From the IMG/VR virus record IMGVR_UViG_2728369554_000020: 20,232 bases of DNA. One strand, given 5' to 3'. This stretch comes from a virus (taxonomy: Duplodnaviria > Heunggongvirae > Uroviricota > Caudoviricetes). The position numbers were made by a program, and so were the translations under genes. Every line of letters starts with the position of its first letter. The stretch's first letter is position 1. Shown piece after piece: positions 14,766 to 20,232 of this stretch. The notes beneath the pieces are model-generated. The model saw nothing but the letters and a program-made list of their open reading frames with translations, did not search any database and was not told the DNA's origin.

Positions 14766-15094
14766 TTTATCCTCCATTGAGGTTACTGGTTGAGAATGGA
14801 GACCACACGTGACAGCGTGTTGTCGTGCGCCGGACACGGATAAGAATCCGGCACTGACAGTTTACTGAAAGGATATATCCCTGAAAAGTCAGGGCATAAC
14901 GCGAAAGCGCACGGCGAAATTGGTCTCTCTGTACGGTGTCTTTAAATTTAATTCGACCGTGCGCTTCCGGTTGTGGCACTCCGCGAAATGGCGCGGCGGT
15001 AAGTATGGCGGGGTTATTCCTTACCCCCATTGGTAGCACCGGGTTGTCAGGTTGACCATACGCCTGAGTGACAACCCCGCTACAACACTCCATG

Positions 15095-15150
15095 TTGATT
15101 TGTACCTTTGGCGGCATCAGTTTCATTGCTGGCTGATGTCCGCCCTTTTT
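15095..15150 (+). ncRNA. dicF: DicF-like sRNA candidate (5' end uncertain)
   Basis: CTTTGGCGGCATCAGTTTCATTGCTGGCTGATGTCCGCCCTTTTT: stem GGCGGCATCAG/CTGATGTCCGCC plus T-run; the core resembles my recollection of K-12 DicF; sits directly upstream of the dicB-like gene as in Qin. Confidence 0.5.
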
Positions 15151-15326
15151 AAAGTGAATTTTGTGATGCGGTGAATGCGGCTAAGCGCACGCGGAACAGT
15201 TAAAAGCGTATTAAAGCATCTGTGTTATGGGTGGATTCTCTGTATCCGGCGTTAATTGTTAACTGGTTAACGTCACCTGGAGGCACCAGGCACCGCATCA
15301 CAAAATTCATTGTTGAGGACGCGATA

Positions 15327-15515
15327 ATGGAAACATTATTACCAAACGTTAATACGTCTGAAGGTTGTTTTGAAATTGGTGTCAGTATCAGTAACCCTGC
15401 ATTTACTGAAGATGCCATTAATAAGAGAAAACACGAACGGGAGTTATTAAATCAAATATGCATTGTTTCAATGCTGGCCCGTTTACGTCTGATGCAAAAA
15501 GGATACTGGCAATGA
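15327..15515 (+). CDS. dicB: cell division inhibitor DicB
   Basis: 62 aa; METLLPNVNTSEGCFEIGVSISNPAFTEDAINKRK... matches my recollection of DicB; GAGGA 8 nt upstream of ATG at 15327. Confidence 0.8.
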   Translation: METLLPNVNTSEGCFEIGVSISNPAFTEDAINKRKHERELLNQICIVSMLARLRLMQKGYWQ

Positions 15516-15715
15516 ATACAGCATTCGCACTCGTTCTGACAGTTTTTCTTAATACAGGCGAACCACTTGACCTTATTGTTGATATACGTGACTCAATGGA
15601 AGAATGCATGGCTGCCGCAGATGAACAGAAAATTCCCGGTAACTGTTATCCGGTCGATAAAGTTATTCACCAGGATAATAACGAAATCCCGGCAGGACTT
15701 AAAACAGCGCCGTAA
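15512..15715 (+). CDS. ydfD: YdfD-like small lysis protein
   Basis: ATG at 15512 overlaps the dicB stop (ATGA); hydrophobic N-terminus MNTAFALVLTVFL followed by CYPVDKVIHQDN, resembling Qin YdfD as I recall it. Confidence 0.7.
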   Translation: MNTAFALVLTVFLNTGEPLDLIVDIRDSMEECMAAADEQKIPGNCYPVDKVIHQDNNEIPAGLKTAP

Positions 15716-15792
15716 TTGATATTCGGTTTCATTTTTATATGTCAGCAATGACAGGGATTTGTTCACCCTTAAATCTGTAATGAGGTTTATCA

Positions 15793-18270
15793 ATGAGCAC
15801 TGATAAAGAAGAATTTGCATTATATTGTGAAGCAAAAAATGACAAAGTCAGAAAACGCCTTGGAATTAAAGGTGGTTTTTACTGGACTACAGCAAAAAAA
15901 TTATCTGTTGCCATCTCCCGCTGCATTACCGCAATGGATGACAACGATTATGATGAAGACGACTTTAAAAAACCCGTCCGCGTCCATTTACCCGTTGTGA
16001 ATGACCTTCCTCCGGAAGGCGTGTTTGATACCGAATTCTGCAACCGATACGAAAAAGGCGGGGAAGATGGTATCACAATGGTACTTATCGCGCCCTCGCC
16101 CTCTGTTCAGGATAAACCAGCCAGCACTGACAATACCAACGTCAACGGCGAAGACATGGCTGAGATTGAGGAGAACATGCTCCTGCCGGTTTCAGGTCAG
16201 GAACTGCCCATTCGCTGGCTTGCTCAACACGGCAGCGAAAAACCAGTAACGCACGTTTCGCGGGGCGAACTGCGCGCATTACATAACGCACAGGATGAAA
16301 AACTTCCCGCCGTTACCGCGCTGGCCATCTCAAATAAAGCAGCGCAACTCGAACCGCTGGAGATTCGCGATCTCCACAAACTGGTGCGAGACACTGACAA
16401 AGTTTTCCCCGCCCCCGTAAATTCGGACCTGGGACTGATAACCTCTTTTATCGAAGCATACCTGGACGCCGACTACACCGATCGCGGTCTGCTGACAAAA
16501 GAGTGGATGAAAGGAAATCGTGTTTCGCGTATCACCCGCACGGCTTCCGGTGCTAATGCCGGTGGCGGGAACAAAACCGATCGCAATCCGAATTTAGTAC
16601 ACACCTTCGATACGCTGGATGTGGAGATTGCAGCAGCCACACTTCCGATGGATTTTAATATTTATGAAATTCCGGGCAGCGTTTATCGTCGCGCAAAAGA
16701 AATCGTCCTGAAAAGAGAAAGTCCGTTCAAAGAATGGTCCGCAGCACTTCGCGCAACCCCGGGTATTCTGGATTATTCCCGCGCCGCGAATTTTGCACTT
16801 ATCCGGAGCGCTCACCCTGAACTTTATCTCTACCCGGGACGCCTTCAGGAGTATATCAACGCCCACTTAACGGAGACTGATCACGAGAACCCCAGCAAAG
16901 AAACTCTCGCTGCTGCACGACATACACCGGAAAAAGATATCCTGGAAGAAGTTAACCGCGAACTGGCTGCTGAACGCGAAACAGAAGAAGAAAAAAATAA
17001 TGAGGAAAAATCACAACCGTCTGACGCAATGGCAGATGAACAGGCAACGACTGAAGCAATGGGACAGGATACAACTGAACATCGCCAGGACACACAATCG
17101 CTGGATACTCAGGCACAGATAAATCCGGTTAATCAGGTAAAAGTTACCGCTGGCGAAGTAAACAAAATTATGCAGGCAGCCAATATCAACCAGCCTGATG
17201 CCGACAAAATACTGGCAGTCCATCGCGGTGAGTTCGTTGACGGAATTAGCGACCCGAATGATCCGAAATGGGTTAAGGGGATTGAAACCCGCGATTCTGT
17301 GAACCAGAACCAGCCCGAATCGGAACAAAACGACCAGAAAGCGGAACAAAACAGCCCAAATGCGTTACAAAACAGCCCAAATGCGTTACAAAACGAGCCA
17401 GAAACGAAACAGCCTGAACCAGAAGAGCAACAAGAACCGGAAAAAGTCTGCACCACCTGCGGTCAGACCGGCGGCGGCAACTGTCCTGACTGTGGCGCGG
17501 TGATGGGCGACGCAACATACCAGGAAACATTCGATGACGAGAATCAGGTTGAAGTTCGGGAAGACGATTCGGAGGAAATGGAAGGCGCTGAACATCCACA
17601 CAAGGAGAATGCTGGCAGCGCTCAGGACCACGCCAGCGATAGTGAAACTGGCGAGACGGCAAATCCCTTAATTGCGGTGAACGGTCATCACGTTATCACA
17701 TCCACCAGCAGAGTATGGAATCACCTGTCGGTCGACCTTGAAACCATGGGAAAAAATCCCGATGCCCCGATTATCTCAATAGGTGCAATATTTTTCGATC
17801 CGCAAACCGGAGATATGGGGCCGGAATTTAGTAAGACCATCGATATAGATACTGCTGGCGGAGTCATTGATCGTGACACCATTAAGTGGTGGCTTAAGCA
17901 ATCACGTGAGGCGCAATCTGCCATTCTGACCGACGAAATCCCGTTAGATGATGCACTGCTGCAATTGCGGGAATTTATAGATGAAAACTCCGGTGGATTT
18001 TTTGTTCAGGTCTGGGGAAATGGAGCCAGCTTCGACAACGTGATTTTACGCCGTTCATACGTACGACAGGAGATCCCCTGCCCGTGGCGCTACCACAACG
18101 ATCGCGATGTACGCACAATCGTTGAGCTGGGGAAAGCCATAGACTTCGATGCCAGAACGGCTATTCCATTCGAAGGTGAGCGCCATAATGCACTTGATGA
18201 CGCCCGTTACCAGGCAAAATACGTTTCAGCTATCTGGCAAAAACTGATCCCGAATCAGGCTGATTTTTAA
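15793..18270 (+). CDS. large exodeoxyribonuclease VIII-like protein with C-terminal DEDDh 3'-5' exonuclease domain
   Basis: 825 aa; GAGGT upstream of ATG at 15793; C-terminal motifs DLETMG, WGNGASFDNV and HNALDDARYQAKY; central acidic low-complexity linker with a CxxC...CxxC zinc-ribbon-like motif (CTTCGQTGGGNCPDCG). Confidence 0.8.
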   Translation: MSTDKEEFALYCEAKNDKVRKRLGIKGGFYWTTAKKLSVAISRCITAMDDNDYDEDDFKKPVRVHLPVVNDLPPEGVFDTEFCNRYEKGGEDGITMVLIAPSPSVQDKPASTDNTNVNGEDMAEIEENMLLPVSGQELPIRWLAQHGSEKPVTHVSRGELRALHNAQDEKLPAVTALAISNKAAQLEPLEIRDLHKLVRDTDKVFPAPVNSDLGLITSFIEAYLDADYTDRGLLTKEWMKGNRVSRITRTASGANAGGGNKTDRNPNLVHTFDTLDVEIAAATLPMDFNIYEIPGSVYRRAKEIVLKRESPFKEWSAALRATPGILDYSRAANFALIRSAHPELYLYPGRLQEYINAHLTETDHENPSKETLAAARHTPEKDILEEVNRELAAERETEEEKNNEEKSQPSDAMADEQATTEAMGQDTTEHRQDTQSLDTQAQINPVNQVKVTAGEVNKIMQAANINQPDADKILAVHRGEFVDGISDPNDPKWVKGIETRDSVNQNQPESEQNDQKAEQNSPNALQNSPNALQNEPETKQPEPEEQQEPEKVCTTCGQTGGGNCPDCGAVMGDATYQETFDDENQVEVREDDSEEMEGAEHPHKENAGSAQDHASDSETGETANPLIAVNGHHVITSTSRVWNHLSVDLETMGKNPDAPIISIGAIFFDPQTGDMGPEFSKTIDIDTAGGVIDRDTIKWWLKQSREAQSAILTDEIPLDDALLQLREFIDENSGGFFVQVWGNGASFDNVILRRSYVRQEIPCPWRYHNDRDVRTIVELGKAIDFDARTAIPFEGERHNALDDARYQAKYVSAIWQKLIPNQADF
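17351..17392 (+). repeat. perfect tandem duplication of a 21-bp unit (ACAGCCCAAATGCGTTACAAA x2)
   Basis: Copies at 17351-17371 and 17372-17392, in frame (QNSPNAL repeated) within the large exonuclease gene. Confidence 0.9.
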
Positions 18271-18331
18271 TGTTCAACTGTCGCCAGTTGTAGTTGGTAT
18301 TCTGCAACTGGCGCGTTCCGGAGTGATAGCC

Positions 18332-18601
18332 ATGAGCGAACAGTACCTGATAACGCTCGACGAGTGGAAACCCAAACGGTTCAGTCTCCCAATAACAAAC
18401 ACTACCCTGGTGAAATACGGAAAACTAGGATACATCGTTCCAAGACCACAAAAAATTCGTGGGCGTTGGCTGATAGATCGCCGGGCAGTATTTGTTGGAC
18501 CTGGTGAAACGGGAATTGCGCCGGAAATTCATACTGGCGATGATGATGCACTGAAGGAGATTTTAACTCATGTCACCGAGGCCACGAAAAAACAGCACTG
18601 A
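18332..18601 (+). CDS. xis: excisionase (lambda Xis-like)
   Basis: ATG at 18332 with GGAG 8 nt upstream; YLITLDEW...VPRPQKIRGRWLIDRRAVFV resembles lambda Xis; overlaps the integrase start by 32 nt. Confidence 0.65.
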   Translation: MSEQYLITLDEWKPKRFSLPITNTTLVKYGKLGYIVPRPQKIRGRWLIDRRAVFVGPGETGIAPEIHTGDDDALKEILTHVTEATKKQH

Positions 18602-19688
18602 CGTAGCCGGACTTTACGAAAAATTTGATCGCAGAACTGGCAGAGTTTACTACCAGTATAAAAACCCTGTGACTGGAAAATTTCACGGGCTCGGAACAGA
18701 CAAAGGTAAGGCAGAAAAAATCGCTTCCACAGCCAATCAGCGAATAGCTGCAGCAGAGGCTGAATATTTCATGCGCAAAATTGATGAAAGTCCGTCAGCA
18801 ACAAAGCGTCGGGGTATCAGATTAAAGGCATGGGTTGATCGATATCTGAAAATACAGGACACGCGACTGAAAAATGGAGATATTGCAGCTACAACTCACA
18901 AAGAAAAAGCCCGAATGGCTGCATACCTGGTTTCCCGTCTGGGAAACCACCCATTGAAAGAACTGGAAGTAAGAGACTTTGCATTAATACTGGATGAGTG
19001 GCTGGATAAAGACATGGTCAGCACAGCGAGAGTAAATCGTGGATTATGGGTTGATATTTATAAAGAAGCACAGCATGCAGGGGAAGTTCCTCCTGGATGG
19101 AATCCTCCGGAGGCTACCCGTAAACCGATCCCTAAAGTAACCAGAGCCAGGCTCACCCTGGAAGACTGGCAAAAAATTTACAACGCAACGCCTGAAAAAC
19201 ACTTTATCCGTAACGCAATGCTTCTTGCGATTGTTACTGGTCAGCGCCGTGATGACATTTGCCACATGCGTTTTTCAGATGTGTGGAACGAACACTTGCA
19301 TATCACCCAGGGAAAAACCGGAATGCGTCTGGCGTTACCGCTTACACTACGCTGTGATGCCATTGGGATAACGTTAAAAGAAGTTATTGATGGGTGCCGA
19401 GACAGAATATTAAGTCCATATCTAATCCATAGTCGGCACCAGAAACAACCAAAGCCGATGAGTAAAGACAACCTGAGCGACTACTTTGCCAAAGCACGGG
19501 ATCTGGCTGGGATAACTCCACCAGCAGGAAAAACTCCGCCAACATTTCATGAACAACGCTCCCTGTCAGAACGACTGTACCGCGCGCAGGGTATTGATAC
19601 AAAAACATTACTGGGACATAAAGTCCAGGCAACCACCGATCGTTATAACGATACTCGTGGTCAGGAATGGGTTAAATTGGTTGTTTGA
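18570..19688 (+). CDS. int: tyrosine integrase (lambda Int family)
   Basis: 372 aa; AAGGAGA upstream; C-terminal catalytic region TGQRRDDICHMRFSDV ... HEQRSLSERLY ... LLGHKVQATTDRYND colinear with lambda Int. Confidence 0.9.
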   Translation: MSPRPRKNSTDVAGLYEKFDRRTGRVYYQYKNPVTGKFHGLGTDKGKAEKIASTANQRIAAAEAEYFMRKIDESPSATKRRGIRLKAWVDRYLKIQDTRLKNGDIAATTHKEKARMAAYLVSRLGNHPLKELEVRDFALILDEWLDKDMVSTARVNRGLWVDIYKEAQHAGEVPPGWNPPEATRKPIPKVTRARLTLEDWQKIYNATPEKHFIRNAMLLAIVTGQRRDDICHMRFSDVWNEHLHITQGKTGMRLALPLTLRCDAIGITLKEVIDGCRDRILSPYLIHSRHQKQPKPMSKDNLSDYFAKARDLAGITPPAGKTPPTFHEQRSLSERLYRAQGIDTKTLLGHKVQATTDRYNDTRGQEWVKLVV

Positions 19689-19732
19689 CGAAGTAAATAC
19701 AGCTGAAAAATGTTGATATTGCTTTGCTAGTG

Positions 19733-19757
19733 TAAAAACCCCGGCATCAACCGGGGT
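19733..19757 (-). terminator. intrinsic terminator for the convergent gene beyond int
   Basis: Minus-strand hairpin CCCCGG-ttgatg-CCGGGG followed by TTTTT, 8 nt after the stop at 19765. Confidence 0.45.
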
Positions 19758-19764
19758 TCGGAGA

Positions 19765-20232
19765 CTAATCTTGATCAGGTTCCTGCTTAGAATAATGTTT
19801 TCCAACAATAAATGCCGTAACCAATGCAACAAGATCTATTGAAACGAGAGTTCCGGCAAGAACTGTCTCCCCCATGACGCCAAAGACAGTGGCAGCTAAG
19901 ATGATCAATATTGCCAACCAAAAAGCCTTTGTTTGACCATCTCTGGCAATATCAATGCTATCAGCCACTGTTTTATGGCGATGAGCCTGCTCTTTTTCGG
20001 TCAACTCAACAAGTCGATTTGCAAGCCCAGGCACCAGTTGATCATACTTTTTAAGCATTGAAGGTGGCGGAATAGGCCCCTGAAAATGCTGGCAAACAAT
20101 AGCCCGCACCTGCGGACTATCCAAAACCCTGTTTAAGACCTCTGGATTTTCGATTACTCGAGAAACCAGTTCATTATCCTTTTGTTCTTCACAAGTGAGT
20201 TTGGTGTTCTCACTTTCTTTTTGATCTGGCAT
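19765..20232 (-). CDS. membrane-anchored protein (155 aa in window; start coincides with window edge)
   Basis: ATG at 20232..20230 is the last codon in the window, so the true start and RBS may lie outside; C-terminal hydrophobic segments; convergent with int, so either flanking host gene or phage cargo. Confidence 0.5.
   Translation of the reverse strand: MPDQKESENTKLTCEEQKDNELVSRVIENPEVLNRVLDSPQVRAIVCQHFQGPIPPPSMLKKYDQLVPGLANRLVELTEKEQAHRHKTVADSIDIARDGQTKAFWLAILIILAATVFGVMGETVLAGTLVSIDLVALVTAFIVGKHYSKQEPDQD

Noticed and set aside
14767-15126. 119-aa minus-strand ORF overlapping the DicF-like region
   Set aside because: No RBS; start falls inside the sRNA terminator hairpin; translation low-complexity.
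15200-15835. Minus-strand ORFs (72, 63 and 80 aa) antisense to dicB/ydfD-like genes
   Set aside because: Opposite to well-supported small genes with SD sequences; no start signals.
16594-17662. Multiple minus-strand ORFs inside the large exonuclease gene
   Set aside because: Antisense readings of a repetitive acidic region; Cys/Ser/Phe-rich translations without RBSs.
19044-19832. Minus-strand ORFs (73-82 aa) inside the integrase gene
   Set aside because: Antisense to a gene with clear catalytic motifs; no start signals.
1-20232. CRISPR arrays, rRNA genes, IS elements or transposases
   Set aside because: No regularly spaced direct repeats with unique spacers, no rRNA-like sequence, and no transposase ORF; the only recombinase is the phage integrase.

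Overview
The window reads as one contiguous stretch of a lambdoid (Qin/Rac-like) prophage in an Escherichia-like genome, with the phage map inverted so that rightward genes lie on the minus strand. All family calls rest on motifs read from the translations and on remembered homologues; no database search was run. Right to left: tyrosine integrase and excisionase (18.3-19.7 kb); a large protein with a C-terminal DEDDh 3'-5' exonuclease domain; a DicB/YdfD-like kil module preceded by a DicF-like sRNA candidate; a DicA/cI-like repressor divergent from a Cro-like gene, with two copies of a TGTTC-N9-GAACA operator-like palindrome; replication genes (O-like initiator carrying 11-bp iteron-like repeats, DnaC-like loader); a nin-like region of uncharacterised genes; a Hok-family toxin gene interrupted by 77 N; DUF968 and RusA genes; the late antiterminator Q; a terminator-punctuated moron island (AT-rich CPBP/Abi-family membrane protease, small winged-helix protein, DNA methyltransferase, tRNA-Gly-like element); and the lysis cassette (two small membrane proteins plus a GH108 endolysin) at the left edge. 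The best candidates for something undescribed are the self-contained CPBP/Abi unit just downstream of Q, the uncharacterised nin-region genes (a 288-aa protein with a structured leader and a strongly acidic 103-aa protein), and two loci where well-formed ORFs lie antisense to the surrounding operon (12278-12926 and 14580-14765). None of these can be given a function from sequence alone.
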